DNA of 64,000 nt from Saccostrea cucullata (taxonomy: Eukaryota). The translations under genes and the position numbers were made by a program. The notes below the pieces were generated by a model, which was not told where the DNA came from, did no database searches, and saw nothing but the letters and a program-made list of their open reading frames with translations. Positions 50,121 through 62,860 of the stretch are shown in pieces (positions within the stretch are counted from its first letter, which is position 1; each line of letters starts with the position of its first letter). Location of the stretch: positions 124,001 to 188,000 of the forward strand of contig NW_026929195.1 in assembly GCF_032062105.1 (NCBI RefSeq), given 5' to 3'.

Positions 50121-51999
50121 CCTAATCTATTAATCTGAAATAAACAACCTAAGAGATGTTAAACATTGGAATGGAGCATTGTTACATATATTTTCATAAA
50201 TTATTTCATTTATATCTAAGTACTAAGGCATGTATGTAATATACTTTATGTGTATGAATATGAAAAAAAGTTAACGAAGATAACAAGTTGCTCATGATCA
50301 TCGATCATCATCAATGATTTTTTTTTTGTGTGTATATAAAACTTCTTCAAAGTTTAGATACAAACACTAACAGCTTTAGAAACGAAAAAAAACCTAACAC
50401 ACTTTAACAAGTTGTAATGATAAAAACCACTCCTGGAAATAATAAGAAAGGATTATTTCCAGTTTGATTGCTTTTAATTAAGACCGTTTCTTTGATCTCA
50501 CAGCGTGTCATTTGCTCTAGTGTGAAACGCCGAGTCTGTTAGACTGCATTCATTTCTATAATCAGGTTAAAGCGAAATGATGAAACAATTTAGAATTACG
50601 CAGGCTTAAGTCAGGAAATTGCCGATTTGGAGCGTTAATTTGACAAAATGAATGGTTGGAATGAAGAATTCTCAGGATTTTAATATCCGCAGAGATGAAT
50701 CTGATTTTGATTACAGTTTGATGTATCGAAATGATTTTTCTCTATCTGGGTTTGTTGCCTCAGATATGATGTGTTCTTCAGCATTTAACACGGAACTAAC
50801 GCTGTCTCTTTTCCTGATATTTAATCAGGCAGTGCATGAGTGTTTCGATTACGTAAACGTGTAGAGGTCTTTTTCCTATTTTAATTTCACAAAGAGCACT
50901 AATGGGACTTGAACTTCTTTAGCCTCTTTGACGTAGATATAAGTAATACAGATTTTTCTATGTCTTTGAACTTTGATTTCTCTCAGATTTCATATATGTA
51001 GGCATTATGGAGTCATCATCATAAAATGCCAAAAATGTCTTCCGTTTGCCATGCTTACAATGTGTGAAAATTTGTTGATAATGGACAAATCAAATTATTT
51101 TACAAAAAATGGACAAATTCAGACAAGTTTTCAGTAATGGAATATTTTACACAATCCAAAGCACATTTTTCTACCAATTTACAACACAGCAATTCCTATA
51201 TTCTTACATGTAAACATTCAAATCTACACGTCGATATGTTTGTCATTAATTTCAATCTTGTTGCACGGAAAGACGATGCTTCACCATAACCGATGAAGTC
51301 TTTTAATTGCTTTTTCTCTAATGGAGTAGTCTGCGCAGAAGTGGCTTGAAGTATTTGCGTTGGCAATTTAATTCTTTCCAGTTTTCTCTCGAGCTTATTC
51401 TTCTAATTAAGCCTGTTACTCGTAGTTTGCTTCATCAATGATGCTGTTATTCCAAAATTAAGAATTGTCTCTGTATTTCTTCCTAGATAAAAAAAATCGA
51501 TCCTGTCAACTCCTTTACGAAGTCGTGCATGTGCTTTAACGGAACGTAAATTGACAAGAGAATAGAACAGTGCTGTTCTCTGCTGCAAGTTGGCACTGAG
51601 TACTGAAATCTTGGAAAAACTCCATCACAGATAAACAAGAAAGTCAATCGAATCCGACCTTCTGTCAATTATTGCTGAAAAGCAATTCCTGAAACATTAT
51701 CGCTTTTATATGATTAACCAAATAACCTCCAAAAAGGGTAGAACATGGTTGAACTTCTTCAAGGGCATCCAAAGTCTGTTAGATGAATTTGTTACAAGAC
51801 TAAGCGATTGTAATTGTGTTGCTAAAAAATTAAACGCGCAGGTCTTTTCAGATGCCCAAAGAAGGTGATGTATGCCATCAATATTGCTTCAAATAATCTT
51901 TTTTGCTGAATAAAAGAAACCTAGGACTTAATTCAATCCATATTTTAGAAATAAATATGGACGATACTGCGGTATCTTACACTTCAGTCTCTCTTTCTT

Positions 52000-52262
52000 T
52001 TGACAATTTATCATTGAGTCAAATACTGACTGATGTTTTGTATACTAATTGTTAGTCCAGTACACTGAATGGAAGACGGATTTTTCCCGTTATTTCTTGA
52101 TCATGACAAGAGCGCACAGCGGGTGTGACCGGTCGGTAGGGGATGCTCACTCCTCCATGGCACCTGATCCCATGCACCTCTGATATTTTGGAGGTTCCCC
52201 TTGCTCTGCTCCCTCCTATTTTGTATTGTAAAAATGGACTTCATTATATCTATATTTTTCAT
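52000..52262 (+). mobile_element. Penelope-like 3' fragment
   Basis: ACAATTTATCATTGAGTCAAATACTGACTGATG (NLSLSQILTDV), plus a well-preserved structured segment at 52108-52212. Confidence 0.88.
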
Positions 52263-52375
52263 GATATATTTAGATTACGAACAGTATTCTGACTCAAGTA
52301 AACAATCTATTCGGGAGCACAGAGGCAGAGCAAACACGAACCTCAAAAAAATATCAGAAGTGGGATCAGGTGCCA
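52261..52375 (-). mobile_element. Inverted Penelope-like 3' fragment abutting the previous copy tail-to-tail
   Basis: GCAGAGCAAACACGAACCTC...ATCAGAAGTGGGATCAGGTGCCA; the junction is at TCATGA 52259-52264. Confidence 0.8.
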
Positions 52376-52400
52376 AATGAATCAATTACGCAAGGCTGTT

Positions 52401-52575
52401 TAGTGAAAACTGTCTAATCCGTTACCTCTGTAATCCGTCACACTGTAAATTTCGACGATAAATGTTCCCATTTTACTATTTCCCATGTTTTGTAAATTGT
52501 CTCTAATCCGACACCCTGTCTATTTCGACATAAAATTCATCTTAGAGTGCATGTCGGATTAGACAGGGTTCACAT
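52401..52575. mobile_element. Tigger/pogo-like MITE with TAATCCGAC motifs
   Basis: TAGTGAAAACTGTCTAATCCG...CGGATTAGACAGGGTTCAC inverted ends. Confidence 0.7.
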
Positions 52576-54489
52576 CTTTGAATTTTGTTGCCAAATTTCA
52601 GGACAATTAAAGAATTGATGGATGCGATTCGTAGATATTGCTAAGAAAATGATTAATTTTGTATTTTCTATATGTTTATCCAACGACAGTCAGTTCTTCA
52701 TTGTTACGGAAAAAAAAACTTTATTTCAACCGTTCAACTGAAAGAAAGACGTCATTGTCTAGACTATTTCTTGCATTTAACTAATTAAAAGTAAAGATTG
52801 AGTTCATTTAATCCGTATTATAGTCTGTCTAGTACAGAAACCAAAATCAACAACAATTGATGTTTTGTTACAATTTGAAAAATGAATTCACTAATTAATA
52901 AATCATTTACATAAAGCAGAAAGCAATTGATTGATTAAAATATGTCATGAAATCAAATTGATATAATAAGAATTTCAATATATCTTTAAGCAATCTATTC
53001 TTTAAAAAGGGTCAAACAAATATTAGTATTAAAGATTTACGAAATGCTTCCGTATCGAAGAGCTACGGCTACAATTCTCTGTGTTAGAAATCCATTAGTC
53101 CCTCCCGTTACTTAGTCACTTCTGGGTTTAGATTAATTCTGTAAAATTTGCATATAAATACAATTCGCAAGTACGATTCCTATTCAGTATCAATATTTCA
53201 TTGTCCAACCAAGTAATGAAAACAGACGCCATTAAACAGTGGGGCTTCGAAATGTTATTTGCTTCAACCTTTCTCCTTTCTCTTCAGCATGAATTTTTGT
53301 TCGTGTTTTATATCAAATTCGAAAGATATAAAGATTGATAAAGTTTTATTTCATTTTATATGAATTGCGTGATTAACATTATATTTTGTCGATTTGTGTA
53401 TAACGTCTTTAATTGCTAGCAGAAAGATTACACTTGTTGGTCTTCACAATAGATTTTTTTCTATAAATAAAACACGAGATTGTTAATTATTTCATAGATG
53501 AGTAACAATGTGATAATTTTTACAATAAAAAATTGGTTATTTCTTAGAATGTACATTTAATGAAATTTTCAGTAGAACTGCTGAAAGACAATTAATTTGA
53601 AACCATTTGTATAAAGATAAAATGTATCTTATCTGCTCAGTTCATAAGATTTGACAGAATTGAGGTACACAGTATAACAGTAATGAAAAACAATCCTTTT
53701 GATTGAACATTGTTCTTGAAGTCAGTAATCTCTAAGTGAAACAAAACGTTACAAAAATATATGTACATGTATACATGTACCAGGTGAGCATTTTCCTTAC
53801 ATAAGTTTTAAAACTTGAAAAATGAGGGGAAATAATTCATAATAGAAAAACTTAACAATTCAGAAAAAAAAATCATGAAATTTTAACACGGGTTTCATTT
53901 GAATTCTTTTGATATAACAAATAAAGAGGAATAACTCTAGTTTGTTGAAACATTGCCTAATATATTAGTAACAACTGTTTCAGCATTCCGTTGAAATAAA
54001 ATGGTTAAAAATAATGAAGTTTAAGATCCAATAAAACAATAAAACGTAAGAGCTTATAAACAAGGACGGTCTCTTGGACGTATTAGACAGGATTAATTGT
54101 TATAAAGGATTGAGTACCCTCTACCAACTGGTCACACACACAAGTGACCGTTCAAAGCAATAATCTTAAAAAGCTTGACAATAGTGACATACAAAATATC
54201 ATTTGCAAGGTCAAATTAATGTAATTCTTTTGGAGAATGGTTTTCCCCCTTAACTTGTTAAACATAATGTTTTTATTTTATTTAATTAAAAGTACTACAC
54301 AAAATCCTAACTTGTCATATTTTATTACATAGTTCATGATACATTTTAATCTTAAAATTACAAAAGCATGATATATTTTCAAAGTGGTGTTAATCATATA
54401 TTGATACTTAATGGAACATTTAGAAAAAATGAAATCACAAAGATTTATCAAAATCAGAAACATGTTTGACCTTAAACATTTGATTTAAC

Positions 54490-54745
54490 CATTTTCAGGA
54501 TAAATCAAAGTGCAGGTTTTTATATCATAGACACTTGCTGTTCAATTAAAATGATACTCGGGAACTCGTAAATACTCTTGTCGTTGGTCATTTAGTTAAA
54601 ATATTCTGGTTGTATACACAAGTACTCTAAAAATGACATTTAACAGATGATTGAGTTTCTGATTGTCAGTACATGTATCTATGTTGTTTTCGAAGATCAG
54701 GTCTTTCAACAATCTTTTGGAATACCAAGTTGCGCCAAGTTAGTT
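54490..54745 (+). mobile_element. Internal Penelope-like RT fragment
   Basis: CIHKYSKNDI..MIEFLI...YVVFEDQVFQQSFGIP..CA. Confidence 0.75.
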
Positions 54746-57700
54746 TTTAGCCAAGAATTTTGCTAGGTCAAGTAAAAATGTCATGATCAGAATTTTCTCC
54801 TTATCAAGAAGAAATAATTTATTAAATTTATCTTTTGATAAGGATAAACAATCTGATGAAAGATCCAACAAATTGCTAGAAAAAATAGTCCTTAAACCAT
54901 TATGATAAAATAGGAGAAGGCTTAAGTTGAAACATAAAAAATATATCTATAATGTGAGAAGTCAGGTTATGGGTTTGGTATAAAATTTACAAGACCGTAC
55001 ATGTACCATATATCTATTGTATAGAATTATTATATTAAAAAAATAGGAATTCAGTATAGAGCGATACTTTAAATAATAACAATTTTTTTTTATAAAAGCT
55101 CGTCAATATATTCAATAATTTGATCAATTTACGTCCTAAGTATTTCTTTTTCTTTCAAGTTCTAGAGAAAAAAAAAACTTGAGTGCATAAAGTAAAAATA
55201 TATGATGAAGAAAGGGTTAACCAAACAAAGAGGATATCTCAAGTTATTGCTCTTAGAATATAAGCTAACTCCAGTTTTTCAATTTATTCGAGTTATCGTT
55301 CTTTTTAAACAAGTGAATAGTATAAAATAAAAGTGTTATGACATAAAATGATGAGGTATTTATATGATGTAGGTGTGAAATTCTTAGACAATCAGTTTAG
55401 TTAAATTATTTGCACTACGGATAATAATAAATATATAGTATTTATTTAGTGTGCTTAATTTTATTACATTAATGAATAAGAATACCACATTCATTTTATG
55501 ATAATTCCTAAAATATAAAATTAATTAGAATTTTATGAAATATCTAAAAAGAAAAAGTAAATTGAAAGATGTAATTAATTTCGGTCGGATAATACCCGTT
55601 TTTTTTTACATACATATGCAAGCAGTAAGTATATAATTTATATACCCAATATATAAATTCTTTATTACACAATCCCCTTTGACCACCTATTACTATTTGA
55701 TCTAACACTTATTTTCGGTCTACCAGATCAAAAACATGGACTTTGCCATTTTAGCCATATGGGAGACGGGGGTACATGTATTATTTAGTGAGCTCAGTGC
55801 TCACATTGCTTTTAGTTTTAATCTGTAAAACTATTTTGATGAAATGATGATGTTCACAAATTAAACTTTGAAAAGCAAATCAATCTTTTTTTTATCAGTG
55901 AACTTCATTTTTGAATATGCAAAAATACATGGATTAACCTTATGCTGTTTTCAAAACATACGCAATAAAAAAATATAATAAAAAATATTCTGTATATTGA
56001 ATCTTAATGAATATTATGCAATGTAGTTGAAAATAAAATATTAGTTCCATAAAGTTTTTAACTTGGACATTAATAATTTTGCTTTTTCAAATCAAATTAA
56101 AAAAGTTTGTTATGTTTTAATACATGTATGAGTGGAAAAAATGAAGCCTTTTTGAAGCTTTACGACCTTTTAAACCTTTATTGACATTTTTACAGTCAAT
56201 ATGCTTCAATTTCTTTTACTCCTTACTGTCTTCAGTGCTAAAGAAGAAAGAAAGTACAGAATGTGTATTAATTCAGTATTTCTCGCCACCTCGAGGACAT
56301 CATTAATTTGGCAGAATAATGTCGGACAGTTTCCATTCAGTCATTAATAATCATTTTCTATACAAATGCTATGAGACATTTTGTAAATTGGAAGCTTATG
56401 GGTTTTTTGGGGCAGAAAAAAATAATTCGTAGAGATAACGAACTTTATAAGATTTCCGTTGGAAGTTGGACGTTTTTCTTGGTCATGCGGGTTAATGAGG
56501 GACTGATTGGAAAATTGGTTTTGCGGATTACTTTGTCATAACTGGTACATGGTATTGACGTAATCGGCTTTAGAGACTTTCCCTATCAAATTATGACTAT
56601 ATCTGTGCAGTTCTTGTGGATGACTGGTATGGTCTTTGTCAATCAAATCTTGAAGATGAGTAGCAAAATTAGATATCTATATATAGAACTTTTATATTCA
56701 TCCATTAATTCAAATATTTGTAACTGATACATTTGCTTTTTTAGCATAAACATATATATAGTTGATTTATTTTGTTGTTAACTACACATTAAAGTGACAC
56801 TTTTCCATGTAGGAATTTTCAAGTGTAAAAACCCCATAAATCTTCATTTTTTTAAGGTATTTTTTTTCAAATCACACGCCCATAAATGATCATGTTTACT
56901 TTCTTTCCTTTAATCCAAAAAGGACAATTCTTTGGCTTCAACATTTTTTTCCTAAAAGAAAAAGATGCAAATGTGCATTTGTACTTTCAGTATATGAATG
57001 TTAATTATATAAAAACAATTTTGCAGATTACTGACCTTACGACGACAATTGGAAAAGTATCTGAACTTTATCATTGCTTTGATTGTTTTATGATAAAAAA
57101 AATCGAAAACAAGAGCATCTTGCTGTTAATTCTGATAATAAAGACCATACTTAAAATCTCTCTCCTGTCATCTGTTATTCAAGAGTCGCCATATGGCAAT
57201 TGCTCTGATACTTAAAGTATACAGTCTGCGGCGATTAAACGATTATCGCCCACACGTTTTTGAAGTGAGTTTGAAAGAATGAAAATGACTTTTTTGGAAG
57301 TCGGAAAATATCCTTTAATTTCTACCCCAAAAGGGATTTTACAATTACTGTGGAATTTAGTACATTGCAAAATATTCGTAATGCAAGGGGAAAAAAAACT
57401 TTAATTTCAAGTATAAACGTTAGATTGATACAAAAGGAGCCTGAAGGATAGAATCTTTCCATTATCTAAGTAAAGCAGATCATGTGTTGTTTCGTGGACA
57501 GTTTATTTGCTTAGATGTTATAGGCGGTTCTTGGACTGTGTCTTGGACAAGTAATAAAGAAATTCCTTACTTTGATTAAATAGGGATTGTTTTGCTCTGT
57601 GGAAATTGAAATCTGAACAATAGATGCCGCATTTATTTCGAGCCATTTGGGATTATTTATTTGATTAATGTTAATCCTAAACATTTTATCTGCCACTGAA

Positions 57701-58309
57701 TAAATCAAACCAAATTGAACTTGTTCTGTAAGAGACGTTTATAATTGAATAGGGCATCGAATTGTATTTGGTAGTCAATAAAATGATTTTTTTTTCTTAA
57801 CATTGCCATAGAAAAATTATATTTGAAGTCAGCTGATATAACATTCAATTTCGTGTCTCTAATCAAAGGAACTATCGACCAATGATGTTAAAAATCTCAA
57901 TGGCAAATGAGAATAAGTATCATAATTCATCAATATCGCCAAAGATCGTCGAAGATAAAGCCACCTCACGATGTATAGACAGATATGCCATTATTAAAAG
58001 ATACTGTGCCACTACTATCAGTCTTCAACAATGTTGTTCAAAGGTTTTTAAACACATTACTTGTGTGTATGTGTCCTAGGTGTTTCCGTCTTAAAATGTA
58101 AAATTTCAGAGTAAAATAAGGAAAGATGTAATGTGATTTCATGAAGCAATCGGAACGTTCCTCTACTCAATTTTTGTATTTTACAAATGATATTCATATT
58201 TTTCTTTTCTCTGAATTTAACAAAACAAAAATGTAAAGAAAACGAAAAATAAAACTTTAAAATTGAATCAAACATTTAAAAAACTGTAAGTAGACTAGAT
58301 GCTTATTTA

Positions 58310-58569
58310 ATTCAAATGATGACTAACGTTTTTCATACTAATTGTTAGTCCATTATTTATAAACTGAGTTGACGTATTTTCCGTTATTTCCCGATCATGA
58401 CAAGGAGCGCACGGCGGATGTTACCGGTCGGTAGGGGATGCTCACTCCTTCATGGAACCTGATCCCACATCTGATGTTTTGGAGGTCCGTGTTTGCCCTA
58501 CTCCTACTTTGTATTGTTTTATGGACTTTTAACCTTAAATACTGTTGGTTATCTCCATATGTTTCATTC
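58310..58569 (+). mobile_element. Penelope-like 3' fragment, well preserved
   Basis: QMMTNVFHTNC*, then GCACGGCGGATGTTACCGGTCGGTAGGGGATGCTCACTCC...GGAGGTCCGTG and the terminus TTATCTCCATATGTTTCAT. Confidence 0.9.
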
Positions 58570-58590
58570 CATGGGCTCCATAAGCCGGAC

Positions 58591-58985
58591 AAATGAAGAA
58601 TATGGGAAATAAAGATAATGAACAGTAATCAAGATCAAAAGTCCATTGAAATCGTACACATCGGAAGATGTGCAACAATGAACTTCTTAAAGGCACCAAT
58701 GGGGGATGAGAAGACATGTAGGAGTAAACATACCTAATGGATCGGTCAAATTGGCCATGTGTTCCCTGTCATGAAAGAGAAAAAATAATTCAAAGACAAC
58801 TCAAAGTGTAAATATTTAATGACCTAACAACGAGTATTAAAAAGATATAGTCAGCATTTGACTAAATGATATATTGTATATACTTGATGACAAGGTCATT
58901 GTATCGACCACCGAACTTTCAAATGATGATCTCAAGCGATACCTTTGATATTATTGTTTCATTAATTCGTTTGTCTCGTTGAGAA
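58591..58985 (-). mobile_element. Decayed inverted Penelope-like 3' fragment
   Basis: GATAATGAACAGT..AAAAGTCCAT..., CAGCATTTGACT..., GACAAGGTCATTGTATCGACCA. Confidence 0.75.
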
Positions 58986-60779
58986 AGCAATCTAAATATA
59001 TTGCTTTACAATTTGCATTAAAAGCAGCAATCGGCATGCGACCTAATGACAGGTTATAATTGAAAACAAGTTCAAGGTATTGACCTTTTATCATATCTGC
59101 AAATGTTGATTTTTGATTACCAAATATCTGAATAAGCCAACCTGCAACAAGGAATATATTATACATTAAATTTTTAAAGAAAATCTTTTTCCTACATTAC
59201 ACTGTACACATAGGATGGGATGTTGAGAAAGCCCATTCCATATCATTCTTTCATTTTCAAAAAGAAATACAATAAGATATCTAAATTTTGTGGTATTTTA
59301 TGATTATTATGTCCATTCTAGCTACTGATAAGATTTTAAATTTGTTTTGTTGACACGAAATGGAAAAGGCAGGTCTTAAAACAGATGATGCCTGTTCGTC
59401 AAAATTAGGGATGCAGCCTATAAGAATTTCTATATGACAAGCTTATTGCTTTGAAAAGTGTCGAATTTTTCTTTTACCTATTAATGTTTTTTTTCTTGAT
59501 TGTGGAGAGCAATGACTGCAGATATATCCAACTTAAAAGATCCATAATTAATAAACAATCCTTCACTCAAATCTATATTATTATTCAACTATATAAGATT
59601 AAAATGGACTTTTTTTGATTACTTTTAAGCTTTGGTTACTTTAGAATTTAAATCTCTAGTTACTCTCAATTACTAAATGTTGATCACTAAAAAGCTATGT
59701 TTTAAAATTTGAAAACTTTTGTTTTCTAAACTTGTAGTTCACTATAGTATTTTTATGGTCCTATTTAGTATTTTATAAACAACTTTGAGATATATTTTTC
59801 TTTTCCTTTAATTTACTCTCAACTTAAGTGAGTTTGTTGAAATTATTTACCCTCAGTAGGAACTCGAGATGAATATAAAAAAAAATCTCTTTGACCCCTA
59901 TCACTAGAAATGGGATTTCGTAAGGAAAAAAAAAGAAAATTTATTTGGTCAATGCCTCTTAGGTTGCACTGAACTCAAGATAATTATATATCCAAGTGTT
60001 ATTTATTTTCCTCTATCTCATTGATATCAGGGGTCTATATATTAATCACGGGTTAATCTTGTTAAAGTGACCTATAGACCCAAATGTGAAGACACGCAAT
60101 TTTTCGTTATCACCGGATGTTGACTTCATAATGATGCTTAAGGATTGATTTTACATTTTCCCCTCTAATAAATTAATTTATATCACATCTAGAAGGATCA
60201 TTAAACCTTTACATCTGTCAGTATAGCTATAGTCCTTCTGTTCTGTTTGGTGTTTATTAGTTAACGACATAAAATTTAAAGACCAACGGGAAAACTGGGT
60301 TATATTTTCTCTGCTTTATTGTCACCTCTGGCTAATATATAAACCTTATTCCTTAAGACTTAGACAGTAAAGATGTTTTTGGTAGGTGAAAATGCTGAAG
60401 ATCGTTAGCCTTGATCCAACATTATGTCAAGGACTGACATCAAGTTATCATAGTGTTTCTCAATGTTCTGAATTCAAAATCATCTGAGACTAATTGAAAA
60501 GATTTTGACTAAAAACGTTTATGCATTTCTACTTTACATTTTTATGCCATATCCTCAAACTGACCAGTGTTTGTTTTTTTCATCCTCTTCATTTACACAT
60601 TATGTTGGATACTGTTCTTACCAGATTCTAAAGTCTTTTAACCACAACCAATTTTCTCATTTATTTTGACGTGAAAAATACATATATAACCAATACAATG
60701 TACATGCACAAATATTAGTAAACGTTTATACAGTTCAGATAATTTATACTGTTGTAAAATAAACTTTAAGAATTTAAAT

Positions 60780-60811
60780 TGTTCTTTCGTTTCAGAAGGA
60801 TGCTGACCTAA
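60780..60811 (+). promoter_or_regulatory. Splice acceptor of the GPCR coding exon plus a 3-codon uORF (ATG CTG ACC TAA, 60800-60811)
   Basis: A pyrimidine tract and CAG end at 60795, 56 nt before the ATG. The short uORF is read directly from the sequence. Confidence 0.6.
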
Positions 60812-60851
60812 AATCAATCTTGTAGACCAAGTCAACAACGTCTTGCAAAGT

Positions 60852-62021
60852 ATGGCATACAGCTTTAACTACAAATCCAGCTTTCAGAATGTCTCCGAAA
60901 ACTTAACTATCACGGCCAACTCACTTAACAAAACAACTGTAGACGACTTTCAGTCTTTAACAGAGTTCTACAAGAGCTATGCAGGGTATCATGGCTACAT
61001 CAGTGTGTTTGTTTGTACTTTCGGAATTATTTCCAACTTGGCGAATATTGTCGTACTTACACGAAAGAACATGGTTACTTCGGTCAATGTGATACTTACA
61101 TGGCTGGCTGTCGCAGATACTTTAAAAATGCTGGATTATCTTCCCTTCGTGACAAAATTCTACATACTTAAGGACCCTAATCTGAGATATTTTCAAACGA
61201 GAGATTACAGTGCAATAATATTCTTGCTGTTTCATGCGAGTTTCAGCCTTGTTTGCCATTCGATAGCAGTTTGGCTGACCATAGCATTAGCAATATTCAG
61301 ATTTCTATTCATTTGGTTTCCAACCCATGGAAGTGTTTGGTGCTCACTATTTCGAGCCAAAATCGTGATATGTAGTGTGTATATTTCCATCATTATTCTC
61401 AGCATACCGAATTATGCAATCAACAGTTATAGCTATGACAATGAAACAAAGTTGTATATGTCTGCTAAATCAGAGTCGCTGAAAGATGAATGGTTTGATG
61501 ATGCAAACCAGTATATACATTCAATATTATTCAAACTGGTTCCATGTTTTATGTTGACGATTCTTACTCTGTTGTTGATATACGCGATGCATAAGGCGTA
61601 CATGAAGCGAAAGGAACTGAAAAGATTCGGCAAAAAGGAAGATGCTGATCGTCACCACGAACATAACCGCACGACGGGCATGCTTCTTGCTGTGGTTGTT
61701 ATGTTCCTGATAACGGAACTTCCGCAGGGGATTCTAACTTTGATTGTAAGCTCTAATCCAGAATGGGAGACAAAGGTCTATAATAAACTCGGCGATGTAT
61801 TAGATATCGTGGCACTGTGCAATAATTCCGTGAACTTTGTCCTGTACTGTAGTATGAGTAAACAATTCAGAGACACCTTTGTCCGAATTTTCTGTCACTG
61901 CTGTCCAAAAGATGGAATGGGTTTTCTTAAGGTTCGACTCAACACCACAGCTAATGGAAACAAAAATTATATGGCGACAATGAATAATGGACACAACAAT
62001 AACTCGGCCACGTTTGTTTAA
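60852..62021 (+). CDS. Rhodopsin-class neuropeptide GPCR, myosuppressin receptor / dmsr-1 / FMRFamide-receptor-like family (389 aa, coding region in one exon)
   Basis: The ORF track starts at TTG 60843; the first ATG is at 60852. Seven hydrophobic segments carry family motifs: YHGYISVFVCTFGIISN..NIVVLTRKNM, LAVAD, HSIAVWLTIALAIFRF (WRY/DRY position), KLVPC, RTTGMLLAVVVMFLITELPQG, NFVLYCSMSKQFRDTF. N-terminal sequons are NVS/NLT/NKT. A splice acceptor TTCTTTCGTTTCAG ends at 60795, just upstream. Confidence 0.93.
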   Translation: MAYSFNYKSSFQNVSENLTITANSLNKTTVDDFQSLTEFYKSYAGYHGYISVFVCTFGIISNLANIVVLTRKNMVTSVNVILTWLAVADTLKMLDYLPFVTKFYILKDPNLRYFQTRDYSAIIFLLFHASFSLVCHSIAVWLTIALAIFRFLFIWFPTHGSVWCSLFRAKIVICSVYISIIILSIPNYAINSYSYDNETKLYMSAKSESLKDEWFDDANQYIHSILFKLVPCFMLTILTLLLIYAMHKAYMKRKELKRFGKKEDADRHHEHNRTTGMLLAVVVMFLITELPQGILTLIVSSNPEWETKVYNKLGDVLDIVALCNNSVNFVLYCSMSKQFRDTFVRIFCHCCPKDGMGFLKVRLNTTANGNKNYMATMNNGHNNNSATFV

Positions 62022-62689
62022 AATGCAAGGGAAATGCAATTTATCATTACACTGTGTTGTTTCATTACATCATCAGAATTGGATCAAACTACAAATTATT
62101 ACACTACATATATGACAGTACTTCATTATTGTAATGACGATGTTTTATTTATTTTATTTTAAAAAAGGATCGTGTATTTAAAATGCTGAGAATCAGATAG
62201 ATGTATGAACCATTTTTCGATTCTCTGTCTGACAACTCAGCTGCAAGCTCTGGATTTCTTTTCTTTGTTTGTATAATTTATTGGTGTCATATGTAAATAT
62301 TAAACAAGTAGGCTATATTATCAGACTATTGCTTTTCAAAAACGTTACTCTAAAATGTAGAACCTCTTTGTCAGTTAAAAAAAAAAAATAAAATCTAACT
62401 TTTGGAAAATGACTCATAATTTTTTAATCACGATGTATACTTTTTTGCTGACATTTTATACAAATCCTCAATACTGAAACGACCCCTCCCCCTTAGATTC
62501 CAAAAAGAAAATCTGCTGAAGTTCCACTGTCAGTCCATGACATTCTGCTTTTAATCCCTGTCGGTCCTTTACTACCCTGTCTACTCCCAACTTACCTTGA
62601 CTTTGCCCATGTTACCACTGGCTTACCCTGATGTTTTGTGGTTTTCCCTGACGTCCTTGTTATCTCCCTGATGTCTTCTGACTACATTA

Positions 62690-62860
62690 GACCAGTCTAT
62701 AGGGAATGTTTACCCCTCTAGGCACACGATTCCTCCCCTTGAACTTCCAGTGGTCTGTGTCACATTAATTACATACCCTGATCATAGTTATGTGTATAGT
62801 AATCTGTATTTTTGATAGATTTTTTCGAAATCGCTATTACTCGTTAGCATCATTTTCATT
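62690..62860 (+). mobile_element. Penelope-like 3' remnant downstream of the GPCR stop
   Basis: GACCAGTC..GGGAATGTTTACCCCTCTAGGCACACGATTCC...GTGGTCTGTGT...TTTTCATT. Confidence 0.55.

Noticed and set aside
49230-51900. Decayed APE endonuclease or other coding relic (GDFN near 49700 and RIDFF near 51495, both minus strand)
   Set aside because: The motif order and spacing are inconsistent with one domain, and I cannot support it without a translated search.
61433-62039. Antisense ORFs over the GPCR
   Set aside because: They are shadows of the real CDS on the opposite strand.
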